DNA from: Acidobacteriota bacterium
GTDB taxonomy: Bacteria; Acidobacteriota; UBA890; WLXD01
Direction: 5' to 3'
Assembly (NCBI GenBank): GCA_965205505.1
Contig: CBDBHB010000008.1
Coordinates: 1,216,001-1,280,000 of the forward strand
Length of the DNA: 64,000 nucleotides
Of the stretch, positions 50,884 to 61,499 are shown one piece after another (the first letter of the stretch is position 1; the number at the start of each line of letters is the position of its first letter). The notes below the pieces were generated by a model that was not told the origin of the DNA, ran no database searches, and saw only the letters and a list, made by a program, of their open reading frames with translations. The position numbers and the translations under genes are program-made.

Positions 50884-51405
50884 TCAGTGCTCGAGCTCGA
50901 GGATGGCCGGCTTCCATGCCATCGGGTCGGACGCCACACCGTGTGCCGGGCTCACTACCTCGAGTCGATGAGGGACGAAACGCACCAGGACGTAGTCGTC
51001 GCCGCGGTTGCCTTCGACGTAGAACTCGTCCCACTCCGGCTTCCATCGCCGTGCCTTTTCGTCGCCATCGGTGATCACCCGCGCCACCCCGGTCAGGGTC
51101 GCGTAGGCGCCGCCCTGCGCGTCGAGGTAGTAGAGCGTGGCGCGCGGATCGTTGGCCAGCTCGCGTACCTTTCGGGTCGATTTGTTGGTCGCCATCCACA
51201 CGGTGAAGTCGTCGTCAGCTGGAAAGGGCTCCATGGTTCGTGCCTGCGGCGCGCCGTCGGCATCGAGGGTGATCAGGGCGCAGTACCGTGCCGCCGCCAT
51301 CACGGCGCGCGCCGCCTCGACGATGCGGTCGAGTTCTGGATCAGGCTGCTGCAAGCCGGCCCCCAGAAACACCGACGCCACAGCCACCGCGAGAGCGCGC
51401 ATCAC
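50884..51405 (-). CDS. Pyridoxamine 5'-phosphate oxidase-like FMN-binding protein with signal peptide
   Basis: LITLDADGAPQARTM, TRKVREL..DPRATL. Confidence 0.82.
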   Translation of the reverse strand: MMRALAVAVASVFLGAGLQQPDPELDRIVEAARAVMAAARYCALITLDADGAPQARTMEPFPADDDFTVWMATNKSTRKVRELANDPRATLYYLDAQGGAYATLTGVARVITDGDEKARRWKPEWDEFYVEGNRGDDYVLVRFVPHRLEVVSPAHGVASDPMAWKPAILELEH

Positions 51406-52895
51406 TCAGCTCCACCCCCCGTCGCCCGGACCTCGCCGATCGCTGCGCGAATGTCCTCCAGCGCCATACGCAGGCGATCCGCGTGAGCCCTGAGCGGCAA
51501 CACGCAAATACGAATCACGAAACGGGCATCGAGCCGCGTGCCGGTTAGATAGACGCGCTTGCGGGAGTTGATCCGCGCCATCAAGCGCTGGTTGAGCGCG
51601 TCGAGCTCTTGGTCGGACAGTCCCGGTACCTTCAAGCGCCAGGCAAGTATGGTCAGCTGGGGTTCGGCGACGATCTCGACGTCGTCGATCTCGCGCAGGC
51701 GAGCCGTTATCCAGTCCGTGAGCTCGAACTTCTCCTGCAGGGCGTCCCGATACGGCGCGATGCCGTGACGCTTCAACGGCAGCCATACCTTGAGACCACG
51801 AAACTCGCGCGAGAGCTCCGGTGAGATCTCACAGAAATCGACAAGATCGGGTTCGGCTTGGAGCGGTGGCAAGTAGTCTGCGCTGGCTGAGTGCGCTCGC
51901 CGCAACGCTTCGCCGTCGCGCACCAGCAGGCTGCCGACGCCGTATGGCACGAACAAGCTCTTGTGCGGATCCAGCACTACCGAGTCGGCGCGGCCAAGGC
52001 CCTGCAGAACCTGCCTACCGCGCTCTGTAAGCGCAAAGAACCCGCCATACGAGGCATCGACGTGAAGCCAAAGGCGCTCCGCCTCGCACAGGTCCGCGAC
52101 CTCGTCGAGCGGATCCACTGCGCCGGAGTTCGTGGTTCCCGCACTCGCCGCGACAAGAAACGGTGTGCGTCCGGCGTCGCGATCCGCGCGGACGGCGCGG
52201 CGCAGCGTGTCTGGACGCATTCGATAGCGTTCGTCGGTCGGCAGGGAGCGCACCGATTCGGCCGGAAAGCCCGCCAGCAAAGCCGCCTTGAGCACGCTGT
52301 GATGTACCTGATCGGACGTGTAGATGACGCCGTTCAGGAAGTGCGCCGGCAGCCGCTCTCGGCGCGCCGTGACTAACGCGCTGAAGTTCGCCAACGAGCC
52401 GCCGCTGGTGAGAAACCCACCGGCCTCGGGCGGATAGCCGATGATCTGCGCGAACCACTCAACGACGTTGGCCTCGATCTTCGCCATCACCGGCCCGCCT
52501 GCGAAGACGCCCATGTAGCGGTTGACCGAGTCGTTGATGAACGAGGCGAGGGCCGACTCGAAGACGGCGTTGCCGTTGACATAGGCGAAGTAGCCCGGGG
52601 ACGCGGTGTTCAGCGATCGGGGGATCGCCTCATCGAACAGCAGGTCGAGCAGCTCGTCGAAAGGCGTGCCTTCCAGCGGGAGCGGTTCGTCGAGCGTACG
52701 AGCGAACTCGGTGGCGCCTTCTGTATTGGAGGCGGGCTGCTCGGCAAACGACATTACGTGCGGCACGACTCGCGCCACCGTAGCGTCGATGAGGGCCCGT
52801 ATCTCGGCCTCGTCGGGCTCGAGAGGCCAGGATTTTCCTGCCGCCGACGTTCGCGGGGCTGTACCTCGAATGTCGTCGTCGTGTGCTTCGGACAC
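51402..52895 (-). CDS. Group II PLP-dependent (aromatic L-amino acid-type) decarboxylase
   Basis: SGGSLAN, HHSVLKA, AGTTNSGAVD, WLHVDASYGG, DPHK. Confidence 0.92.
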   Translation of the reverse strand: MSEAHDDDIRGTAPRTSAAGKSWPLEPDEAEIRALIDATVARVVPHVMSFAEQPASNTEGATEFARTLDEPLPLEGTPFDELLDLLFDEAIPRSLNTASPGYFAYVNGNAVFESALASFINDSVNRYMGVFAGGPVMAKIEANVVEWFAQIIGYPPEAGGFLTSGGSLANFSALVTARRERLPAHFLNGVIYTSDQVHHSVLKAALLAGFPAESVRSLPTDERYRMRPDTLRRAVRADRDAGRTPFLVAASAGTTNSGAVDPLDEVADLCEAERLWLHVDASYGGFFALTERGRQVLQGLGRADSVVLDPHKSLFVPYGVGSLLVRDGEALRRAHSASADYLPPLQAEPDLVDFCEISPELSREFRGLKVWLPLKRHGIAPYRDALQEKFELTDWITARLREIDDVEIVAEPQLTILAWRLKVPGLSDQELDALNQRLMARINSRKRVYLTGTRLDARFVIRICVLPLRAHADRLRMALEDIRAAIGEVRATGGGAE

Positions 52896-53107
52896 CGCCG
52901 CTCCGTCTACAAAGCAACGGCCGCCGAACCGCCGGCGACCTCACTACGGACCCAAGATGATCGGATGCTACCACGGCGCTCGGTATCGGCCGGCGCGGTA
53001 CCTGCTGAGCGTTCCCTGCGTAAGCAGGCGGGTGAAGTCGGCGGCGCTCGACAACCTCTCACTAGAGGACCCGGCAGGATGCGGGGCTTGGCGTCGCTTC
53101 CGCCCGA

Positions 53108-53623
53108 TCAGTTTTCCTCTATTGCCATCGGAGTGGGGGGACCATCGGCGTTGAACATGTCGGCATCGACCAGCCAGGCTCCGTCGGCATGTTTTCTCCA
53201 GATCGTGATGTACTTGCCGTCGATCTGCACCAGCTCACCGTCCGGGCCTTCCAGCTGCATCTGGTATGTGCCTAGGGTGTAGCCGAGATCGCCGCTGCTT
53301 CCCACCTGTGCGAACGTCGGGGACCACCGGATCGAGAAGCCCGGGGTGGCCTCGAGCCCGGCAATGGCGGAACGGATCGCAGCCTTACCAATCGCCTGGG
53401 GCGCACCCGGCGGGAGGAGATACGCGCCGTCGGCAACCATATCCACAAACACGTCGGGCGGGCTGTCGCTCGTCGAGTAGGCCGCGGACCAGCCGCGGTC
53501 GGCCCTCATCAACGATTCTCGCTCCGCCTCCAGGTCCAGTTCAGGTGCCGGTACCAAACCTGGGGCAGCGCAACCCCACGCCAACATCAAGAGGTCCGAG
53601 GTCATGGAAAAAAGCAGCCGCAT
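53108..53623 (-). CDS. DUF4440/SnoaL-like (NTF2 fold) lipoprotein
   Basis: AWGC lipobox-like, SGDLGYTLGTY, GKYITIWRK..DGAW. Confidence 0.8.
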   Translation of the reverse strand: MRLLFSMTSDLLMLAWGCAAPGLVPAPELDLEAERESLMRADRGWSAAYSTSDSPPDVFVDMVADGAYLLPPGAPQAIGKAAIRSAIAGLEATPGFSIRWSPTFAQVGSSGDLGYTLGTYQMQLEGPDGELVQIDGKYITIWRKHADGAWLVDADMFNADGPPTPMAIEEN

Positions 53624-53805
53624 GAAACACCTTCCCCGGGGGGGGGGGGCTCCGGATTCGTGCCGTAAAGCCTGCACCTCGCAAGTTTCTATTGTGAGTA
53701 CGTTTCGGGTTGTGCCGTGCCAATCGTCACTTGTCACGAGGTTGATTCTCCGCGGCGGGGGCTGTTGGGCTGGGCCCCGGGGCACTTCTCCTACCGTTCG
53801 AGCCC

Positions 53806-54234
53806 ATGCCTGAGCGCAGATTCTTCGTCGATCCTCGTAGCCCGTATGGCGGCCCTGCCACGTTCGAGGTCGAGGATGACGGCGAGGTCGTCTGGCGCCT
53901 GTTCGAGTGCAACAGAGTCTTTCTGGCAGAGCATCCCGAGGCCGCGCCTGCCGAAGTGGGCGAGGCCCCGCCAGGCACCACACTCTGCGATGCGAGCACC
54001 ATCGACGGTAACGGCATCCGGATCAGATGCGCTTCAGACTGGCTGGACCAAGACCGGCCCCGGCCATCCTTGCCAACGCTTCGAGCCGGTCAGCAGGTTG
54101 TGCTGCTCTTGGACCGACAGCAGATCAACCGAGTTGATTTTGTGGTCCGCGAGGCCAACGCGAAGACCGTGTTGCTCCGCCCCATCAATCTCGAAAATGG
54201 GGAACCGGCGGAGGTAGAGAACCGGGTGGAGTAG
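53806..54234 (+). CDS. Hypothetical protein
   Basis: 142-aa ORF with globular composition filling the gap; no recognised motif. Confidence 0.5.
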   Translation: MPERRFFVDPRSPYGGPATFEVEDDGEVVWRLFECNRVFLAEHPEAAPAEVGEAPPGTTLCDASTIDGNGIRIRCASDWLDQDRPRPSLPTLRAGQQVVLLLDRQQINRVDFVVREANAKTVLLRPINLENGEPAEVENRVE

Positions 54235-54407
54235 CCGGGCCGGCGGCGGGGTCAAACCGGAGGGCGATTGCTCACGCCGCCACCCCCGAAGTCGAGATGC
54301 GGATGCCATCGAGGTGGACGATCTGCGTGTCGAGCGTAGGCGTCATGCACCGGCGGGTAGCACCTACACCACCTCCGCGTGGAGCCACGCTGGGTCTGGT
54401 GGGTAGC

Positions 54408-55646
54408 TCAGGGCTGAGCGAGAAACGGATCCGATTCGTCTGGGCACTCTGGTGCCATCACGACGAGCTGCGGCCTGAGCGTGTGAAGCACCTCGACGGT
54501 CGGGCCTTGGGCTTCGAGAACATCGGGCAGCCGTCGGTAGGCAAGCGGCGATTCGTCAAGGTCACCGCCGAACACGAACACGTCGCGCTCTCGGATCCAC
54601 GCCTTCACCTCATCGAGGTCGATGGCCGGCGACCGCATCTGCTTACCACGCCGATTTCGACCCGTGGCCGCTCCCCGCGACATCACGCGCCCGGCGCCGT
54701 GAACCGTCGAGAACATCGCAGCTTCCATCTCTCGATAAACGGTGTCGTCCTCCTGACCGGCAGCGCTCCCCTTCAGGATCACGGCGTCATCCCCCATGCT
54801 GCCGCCGACGAACCCTCGCTGACCTGGGTAGGCGGGCGTCGCACCCTTGCGGACCACCACTAGCTCCCCCTCCTCCTCGATTTGAGTTTCCCGCCAAGCG
54901 AAGTTGTGGTTGTTATGGACCACGTCCAGAACCTCGGCGCTGAGCATCTTCGCCACGGCCCGACAGACCCACTCCCGACCGGCGTGTGCATACTCGCCCG
55001 CGAGCTGCATCAGATCCCAATAATCTTGACCCGCTCGCGTGTCGAGCGACAGAAGCGCCGTACCTTCTTCGCCACGTTCGCCCCAGCCTTTGCCGTCAGC
55101 AAGCGCCAAGCCGGCCATCGCGATGTGGTAACCGAAGCCACGCGACCCGAAGTGGACCCCGACCCAGACATCCCCGTCCTCGTCCACGAACAGGTCCACG
55201 TAGTGATTGCCTGAGCCGACCGTGCCGAGCTGTCGACGCGCCCGGGCTCGCAGCTCTTCGCGGGTCCAGGTGCGCTTCCGCGTCTTGACCTTCTCGGGGA
55301 CGATGTCCCAGCGGTCGTCGGAGAAGATCGGGTGATCGACAGGCGCGTCGGGATGATCGTTTCGCCCGCCCACACCGAAGCAAATCGTTCGGTTGATCTC
55401 CTCTCCCAAGTTGAACAACCCCTGTCGGATCGGCAGGTCGACGTCGAGCCTCATAGCGCAGTTGCCGCACGCGATGTCGTAGCCGACCCCCGCCGGACTC
55501 ACCTGATTGCGGAACGCAGCGACCCCTCCCACCGGCATGCCATAGCCCAAGTGGCCGTCCGCCATGATGGCGGTGCGCTCGGCGATTGCATTGAACGTCT
55601 CGAGTTGACCCAGAGTGGCCTTCTCGTGCTCTCCGAATATCTTCAT
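54408..55646 (-). CDS. rtcB: RtcB RNA ligase
   Basis: DGHLGYGMPVG, VGYDIACG, GTVGSGNHY, HFGSRG, HNFA, RKGATP, HGAGR, DESPLAYR. Confidence 0.93.
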   Translation of the reverse strand: MKIFGEHEKATLGQLETFNAIAERTAIMADGHLGYGMPVGGVAAFRNQVSPAGVGYDIACGNCAMRLDVDLPIRQGLFNLGEEINRTICFGVGGRNDHPDAPVDHPIFSDDRWDIVPEKVKTRKRTWTREELRARARRQLGTVGSGNHYVDLFVDEDGDVWVGVHFGSRGFGYHIAMAGLALADGKGWGERGEEGTALLSLDTRAGQDYWDLMQLAGEYAHAGREWVCRAVAKMLSAEVLDVVHNNHNFAWRETQIEEEGELVVVRKGATPAYPGQRGFVGGSMGDDAVILKGSAAGQEDDTVYREMEAAMFSTVHGAGRVMSRGAATGRNRRGKQMRSPAIDLDEVKAWIRERDVFVFGGDLDESPLAYRRLPDVLEAQGPTVEVLHTLRPQLVVMAPECPDESDPFLAQP

Positions 55647-55841
55647 CGCTCCACCCTATCGTTCAAGAACCCTCCCCATCGGGCCACGTTGGGTTCTGTC
55701 GTGCTGCGGGCTCCGGTGAAGACAGCGCCCTGGCCTGAACCCCGAAATCGGCGAATACCAAACAAATACCAACTTCGGTGGTTTTAGGGGTGTTTTGATA
55801 CCCTTGGAATCCCCCAAACGACGCTGGATTCATTGGATCGT

Positions 55842-56540
55842 ATGTGCGGACGCTTCACGCTTCGGACCCCGGCCAACATCGTCAAGGACGTGTTCGGCCT
55901 CGAGCCATTGCCTGGACTCCGACCACGCTACAACATCGCACCGACGCAGCCGATTGCCGTCGTTCGTGCGGAGGGCGCGAAGCGCCGTTTGCATATGCTG
56001 CGGTGGGGCCTCGTCCCGTGGTGGGCCAAGGACATCTCCATCGGTAACCGCTTGATCAACGCCCGCGCCGAGACCATTGCCACCAAGCCCGCATATCGTG
56101 AGCCGTTCGAGCAACGACGCTGCCTGATTCCCGCCGATGGATTCTACGAGTGGCAGCGCCTCGGCAATGGCCGCAAGCAGCCCTTCCACGTCGATCTTTC
56201 CACCGGGGACCCTTTCGGATTCGCCGGTGTCTGGGATCGTTGGCGCGATCCGGCCAGCGGTGCTGTCACCGAGTCGTGTGCTCTCATCACCATCGAGGCG
56301 AACTCGGTGGTGGCGCCAATCCATCACCGTATGCCAGTAATGCTGACGCCAGCGAGCTTTGCCGCTTGGCTCGAGCGCGATGCGGAACCGGAGAGATTGC
56401 AAGAGCTGCTGTGCCCGATCGCCGGAGAGCGGGTGCGCGTCACGCCAGTGAGCGTCTTGGTCAACCGTCCCGACAACGACGACCCGCGCTGCCTCGACCC
56501 GGTCGTTGCACCGTCGCCGCAGCCCACCTTGTTTGGCTGA
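55842..56540 (+). CDS. SOS response-associated peptidase (SRAP/YedK/HMCES)
   Basis: MCGRF, RYNIAPTQ, WGLVP, INARAET, GFYEW, IHHRMP. Confidence 0.95.
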   Translation: MCGRFTLRTPANIVKDVFGLEPLPGLRPRYNIAPTQPIAVVRAEGAKRRLHMLRWGLVPWWAKDISIGNRLINARAETIATKPAYREPFEQRRCLIPADGFYEWQRLGNGRKQPFHVDLSTGDPFGFAGVWDRWRDPASGAVTESCALITIEANSVVAPIHHRMPVMLTPASFAAWLERDAEPERLQELLCPIAGERVRVTPVSVLVNRPDNDDPRCLDPVVAPSPQPTLFG

Positions 56541-56678
56541 GCGTACACGCGGCGCGACATCAAGAACGCGGCTGGCCTCACCCGACCACCGTACTCTCCG
56601 TGAGAGCAGTTCGGGATTGTCCCACCGGCTGGAACCCCCCTATCCTGCGGGCTGTCTCACCTGTTCCCGGAGTCATCA

Positions 56679-57680
56679 ATGGCCGCAGCGCGCCCGAGCA
56701 TCTACACCACCTGCCCCGAGTTCAACCGCGACCGGCCGCGGTCAATCGTCGAGCGCGTCATCGAGACCGCCGAATGGTGTGAGGATCACGGCCATGCCGG
56801 GATGTTGATCCGCTCGAACAATCGCCTCGTAGACCCCTGGACGATCGCCCAACTTCTGCTCCACGAGACCGAATCCCTGCGACCGGTGGTCACCGTCCAG
56901 CCGCTGTACATGCATCCCTACATGGTGGCCAAAAAGGTGGCCACGCTAGCCAGAGTGTACGGCCGCAGCGCGGATCTGTATCTGGTGGCGGACGGCTCGA
57001 CGGCCGATCTCCTGGCGTTGGATGACCGAGTGACACACGACCACCGATATCGCCGCTTGACCGAGTACGCCGAAGTGATCACCGCCCTGCTCACCGCGCA
57101 ACGCCCCGTTACCCACGTTGGCGAATGCTATCGAGTCTACAAACCCGCGACGCTGGCTCCCCTGGCCGACGAGCAAAGGCCTCGCTTCTTCATAGCGGCG
57201 AGCAGGGGCGCGGGGCGACTGGCCGCGCAGGAGCTCGGAGCACGGTCGGTGTCGTCATTGGGTCTCGGCGACGGCGACGACTGCCTCTTGTTGGGACTGG
57301 TGGTTCGCGCCAGTAGTGAAGAAGCTTGGGAAGTAGCCCGAGCGCGCTTCCCCACCGATGCGGCGGGCCGGTTGGCGCACGGCTTGGACATGGCGTGGAG
57401 CGACTCGATCTGGAACGAGCGCCTACGCGGACTGGCCGACTCGAACAGAATCGACAGCGAGGGATTGTGGCTCGGGCCGTTCCAGAATCGCCAGGCGCAC
57501 AGCCCCTATCTCGTCGGCGATACCCGAACCGCGGCGCGTAGGCTACAAAAGGCCCTCGACGCCGGAGCCCGGACCTTCTTCCTCGAACCGCCACATTGTC
57601 GCGCCGATGTCGAGCAGGCCAGCGAGGCGTTCGAGCGCGCCTGGACGCGCTTTCAGTCACCGCTCACACTGACTGCCTGA
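56679..57680 (+). CDS. Luciferase-like (LLM class) flavin-dependent monooxygenase
   Basis: DPWTIAQ, VQPLYMHPYMVAK..ATL, RYRRLTEY, PYLVG. Confidence 0.75.
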   Translation: MAAARPSIYTTCPEFNRDRPRSIVERVIETAEWCEDHGHAGMLIRSNNRLVDPWTIAQLLLHETESLRPVVTVQPLYMHPYMVAKKVATLARVYGRSADLYLVADGSTADLLALDDRVTHDHRYRRLTEYAEVITALLTAQRPVTHVGECYRVYKPATLAPLADEQRPRFFIAASRGAGRLAAQELGARSVSSLGLGDGDDCLLLGLVVRASSEEAWEVARARFPTDAAGRLAHGLDMAWSDSIWNERLRGLADSNRIDSEGLWLGPFQNRQAHSPYLVGDTRTAARRLQKALDAGARTFFLEPPHCRADVEQASEAFERAWTRFQSPLTLTA

Positions 57681-57701
57681 GCGACGCTGCGACCCGCTAC
57701 G

Positions 57702-58145
57702 TCAGACGCGCGCCTCGATAGCGCCAGTGAGCCGGCTGAGCCCTTGCTTGGTAAGCATACGCGCGGTCATGTCGAGCAGGCGCTGCCCGAGTCCGGCGAG
57801 GCGGCCGCCGACCTGGATGTCGAGCTCATACTCGAGCACGGTGTGTTCACCGTCGTCGTGCAGCCGGATGACCCCACCGCCCTCGATGAACCCAGGACCA
57901 CCGCGTCCTTCCAAGCGCATCGAGCACGACTCCGGGGGACACAGGTCGTCGAGCTTCACACGACCTTCGAAGCTGCCCTGAACAGGGCCGACGCCGAGCG
58001 CCAACGCACCGGCGAACTCGTTCTCCCCCACCCGCTCGAGACGACGAAAGCCTGGCAACGTGTCGGCGAGAACTTCCGGGTCCAGTAGTGATTCCCACAC
58101 GATCTGCCGTGGGGCCGCTATTTTCTGTTTGCCCGACACCTTCAT
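57702..58145 (-). CDS. CoxG/SRPBCC family protein
   Basis: VWESLLDPEVL...LPG, VGGRLAGLGQRLL. Confidence 0.88.
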   Translation of the reverse strand: MKVSGKQKIAAPRQIVWESLLDPEVLADTLPGFRRLERVGENEFAGALALGVGPVQGSFEGRVKLDDLCPPESCSMRLEGRGGPGFIEGGGVIRLHDDGEHTVLEYELDIQVGGRLAGLGQRLLDMTARMLTKQGLSRLTGAIEARV

Positions 58146-58207
58146 GACACCTCCATTCTACGTCCCCCGCAGTTCGGGTAGACTGCGCCGGGCGAGGAAG
58201 GAACCCG

Positions 58208-59530
58208 ATGGCCGAGCTGGTGTACAGCATCGATGAGCAGCCGCACCATTGGTGGGAGACGCTACTCTACGGCTGGCAGCATACTCTCGTCGACATCTCC
58301 CCATTCGTTCTTCCGCTGGCGGTGGCCACAGCCATCGGGCTGGATGATGGTGCGCGGGCCGCGCTGATCAACTACTCGCTCATCGCCATGGGGTTGGCGA
58401 CGCTGATTCAAACCACTGTTGGCAACCGACTGCCGATTATTCAGGGACCGTCGGCCACACTCACCGGCACGCTCGCCCCGGTAGGCGCCCAGCTCGGACC
58501 GGCGGCGATGTGGGGCGCAGCGTTCGTCGGCGCGGCGGTCGAGGCGCTCATCGGCAGTACCGGGGCGCTCGGCGCGCTGCGACGTTTCTTCCCGCCCGTA
58601 GTCTCGGGCGTCGTCGTTGTGACCATCGGGTTGTCGCTAGGACAACTCGCGGTGCGGCTGAGCGTTGGCGACGGCAGCGCCAGCAACCTCGGGCTCGCGG
58701 TGGCGACCATCCTGCTTGTGGTGGTGCTGCAGGTGGCTGGCCGTCGTGTCGCCGGGGGTCTGCTGTCGCGCGCCGCCATATTCGTGGCGATCTGGGTCGT
58801 GGGGCTCGGCGGAGGCAGCCTGTTGAACCGCGTCGACTGGAATCTGGTGGCCACGAAGCCCTGGTTTCAAGCACCCCAAGCGTTTCCATTCGGCGGGCCG
58901 GGATTCGGATGGGAGTTTGGCGCCGCAGCGATCGTCGCGGTACTGGCCGGCTACTTCGGATCCATGGTGGAATCGATCGGCGACTATATCGCTACTTGCT
59001 CGGTAATCGACGAGCCGTTTACCAAGCGTCACGTCGACCGCGGCATCGCCGCCGAGGGAGTGGGGTGCCTGCTGGCGCTATCGGTGGGCGGGTTGCCGTG
59101 CACCAGCTATACCCAGAACATCGGCATCATCAAAGTCACCGGTGTCGGCAGCCGGGTCGTCGTTCGTGTAGCTGCGGTAATTCTGCTGCTGTATGGACTG
59201 TGCCCGAAGTTCGGCGCCCTGCTGGTGGCGCTGCCGCGACCGGTGCTCGGTGGCGTATTCGTGATCGTTTGCGGCCTAATCGCGACCACCGGCATCGCCA
59301 TGCTGGCGAGCGCGCGCCAGCACGATGGCGCAATGTTGATCGCCGGCATCACGCTGGTGGTGGCGTTGGGACTGCCAACCTATGCCCAGTCGGTGCTCGG
59401 CCCCGCCTGGCTCGAGTCGCTGCCGCAGCTGGCCGGGCTCCTGGTGACCAACCCGGTTGTGCTGTCGGTGCTGCTGGCGGTAACCCTCAACAGCGCCTTG
59501 CGCGGAAACCCGAACGCTCCCGAAGCGTGA
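58208..59530 (+). CDS. NCS2 (uracil/xanthine) permease
   Basis: WQH, RLPIIQGPS, ESIGD, TSYTQNIGII..TGV.SR signature. Confidence 0.9.
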   Translation: MAELVYSIDEQPHHWWETLLYGWQHTLVDISPFVLPLAVATAIGLDDGARAALINYSLIAMGLATLIQTTVGNRLPIIQGPSATLTGTLAPVGAQLGPAAMWGAAFVGAAVEALIGSTGALGALRRFFPPVVSGVVVVTIGLSLGQLAVRLSVGDGSASNLGLAVATILLVVVLQVAGRRVAGGLLSRAAIFVAIWVVGLGGGSLLNRVDWNLVATKPWFQAPQAFPFGGPGFGWEFGAAAIVAVLAGYFGSMVESIGDYIATCSVIDEPFTKRHVDRGIAAEGVGCLLALSVGGLPCTSYTQNIGIIKVTGVGSRVVVRVAAVILLLYGLCPKFGALLVALPRPVLGGVFVIVCGLIATTGIAMLASARQHDGAMLIAGITLVVALGLPTYAQSVLGPAWLESLPQLAGLLVTNPVVLSVLLAVTLNSALRGNPNAPEA

Positions 59531-59541
59531 CCACAAGCACA

Positions 59542-60060
59542 CTAGGGAATCCGTAGATCGACGGCGCTACAGCTGACCGCGTAGCCGAGGGCGCGCTTGG
59601 TTGTCGGAAAGACGCGCGCCGCAGCGATTCCCATTGCGAGCTCGACCAAGCCGGGTTCTCCGTACCGCTCGCGCAATCGCTCGCGATGTGGACCCTCGGC
59701 TCCACTACCAGCGACGACCGCTGTGGCAAAGGCATAGGCGTCGCCCCCGCCATCGGGCAGGTCACCAGGGCGTCCCTCGAGAACCGCCCGAACCGTATCG
59801 GCCGACACTCCGTTCTGAAGCGCCAGGTTCACTTCGATCTGGACGCAGCTACCACAGTCTTCGGTCTGCGCTGCGACCAGCCGCGCCACCCAATAGGGCA
59901 TGGCTGGAAGTTGCTTGCGATGCTCGGCCATCGGCATGAACAACCCGAACTTGAGCGCCGCCGGTATCGATGCGCGAATCATGTGGCGAACGTACTCGAG
60001 CGATTCCCCGAGCTTGCGCTCCTGGCGGTCCACGCTGCGCAACATGAGCCGACGGATCAT
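59542..60060 (-). CDS. AhpD/carboxymuconolactone decarboxylase-like protein
   Basis: EDCGSCV CxxC motif, YGEPGLVEL; ATGA overlap with the amidase stop. Confidence 0.72.
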   Translation of the reverse strand: MIRRLMLRSVDRQERKLGESLEYVRHMIRASIPAALKFGLFMPMAEHRKQLPAMPYWVARLVAAQTEDCGSCVQIEVNLALQNGVSADTVRAVLEGRPGDLPDGGGDAYAFATAVVAGSGAEGPHRERLRERYGEPGLVELAMGIAAARVFPTTKRALGYAVSCSAVDLRIP

Positions 60061-61469
60061 GGTTCGAGCAGTGCGGGAACCCCGATCGGCCGCAGCGCTT
60101 GTACCGCGGCCGCTGCCGACAGGGCGTGGCCCTCGCCTCCCGGACCAGCGACAATCTGCAACCCCACCGGTAAACCGCTGGCGTCGAGGCCTGCCGGAAC
60201 CGACGCCACGGGCAATCCCGCCAGGCTCAGCAGGAATGTCGGGGCGAGCCAGTCGATGTAGGTCTCCATCGGCTTGCCGGCAATGGTCTCCGGGTAGTTC
60301 TGCTCGACCGCGAAGGGGGATATTGCCATCGTTGGGGTGAGCAGGTGATCGAAGTGACGAAACAGTTGACGGAACTGCTCCCACACGCGCCCACGGACCT
60401 GCTCTGCGGACGCGAAGTCCATCACCGCGGTCGCCAGGCCGGCCTCGACGTTGTTGCGTAGGTTGTCGCCGAACTCGGCGCGGCGCTCGAGACGGGCATA
60501 CTGTTGCGCCACCATCCAGTAGCCGCGTAGCGCCAAGAACGCCGGACGTGCGTACGAGAGATCGAGATCGATCTCTTCAACGGTTGCTCCGGCGGCGGCC
60601 AGGGCATCGATCGCTCCGCGGCACACACGGTCTACCTCGGGGTCGATGCCGATCGAGGCAACATCGCCGCAGTATGCCAGCCGCATCCCCTTCACCGGGC
60701 GGCTCTGGACCAGTTCCACGAAGTCGCGATAGTCGATCGACTCGCCGATGGGCACGAACGGGCTCGGCCCCGCCACTGCCTGCAATGCCATTGCCAGGTC
60801 CTCGGCAGTGCGCGCCATGAGACCGGTGACTTGCAGCGTGTCCCAGGGATAGTCGGATGGCCATGTCGGCACCAAACCGGGGGTTGGTCGGATGCCGACA
60901 ACGCCACAAAACGACGCCGGAATGCGCAGCGAGCCGCCCAGATCGGTCCCCTCGGCCATATCGATCATGCCGGTCGCCAGCGCTGCTGCCCCACCCCCGG
61001 TCGATCCGCCGGCCGACAGTTCCGGATTCCACGGATTACGGGTAGCACCAAACACCTCGTTGAACGTATTGCCGCCGGTAGCGAACTCCGGCGTGTTGGT
61101 CTTGCCGAGGACGATGGCACCGGCGTCGCGAAGCCGCTGCACGACGACCGCATCGACCTCGGCGATATTGTCGGCGTAGAGCGGGCTGCCGTAAGTATGG
61201 CGTAGGCCGCGTACGGGGGTAACATCTTTGATCCCCACCGGCAAGCCGCAGAGCGGGCCGGCCTCCTCCCCGCTGGCCAGCCGTGCCTCGAGGTCGCGGG
61301 CCTGATCCATTGCGGTATCCGACAGGGTCACCAGAGCGTTGAGGGCCGGACTCAACGCCTCGACACGGCGCAACGCGGTCTCGATCACCTCTACCGGAGA
61401 TTGCTCGCCGGCGGCGATCCGTCGAACGGTCTCACACGCACTCGGTAGCGAGGGTCCGTCCGAGCTCAT
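60057..61469 (-). CDS. Amidase signature family enzyme
   Basis: GLPVGIKD, GKTNTPE, GGSTGG, GTDLGGSLRIPAS. Confidence 0.93.
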   Translation of the reverse strand: MSSDGPSLPSACETVRRIAAGEQSPVEVIETALRRVEALSPALNALVTLSDTAMDQARDLEARLASGEEAGPLCGLPVGIKDVTPVRGLRHTYGSPLYADNIAEVDAVVVQRLRDAGAIVLGKTNTPEFATGGNTFNEVFGATRNPWNPELSAGGSTGGGAAALATGMIDMAEGTDLGGSLRIPASFCGVVGIRPTPGLVPTWPSDYPWDTLQVTGLMARTAEDLAMALQAVAGPSPFVPIGESIDYRDFVELVQSRPVKGMRLAYCGDVASIGIDPEVDRVCRGAIDALAAAGATVEEIDLDLSYARPAFLALRGYWMVAQQYARLERRAEFGDNLRNNVEAGLATAVMDFASAEQVRGRVWEQFRQLFRHFDHLLTPTMAISPFAVEQNYPETIAGKPMETYIDWLAPTFLLSLAGLPVASVPAGLDASGLPVGLQIVAGPGGEGHALSAAAAVQALRPIGVPALLEP

Positions 61470-61499
61470 GCCGATCCTCTCCCGTGCTGGTGTCTGCTC

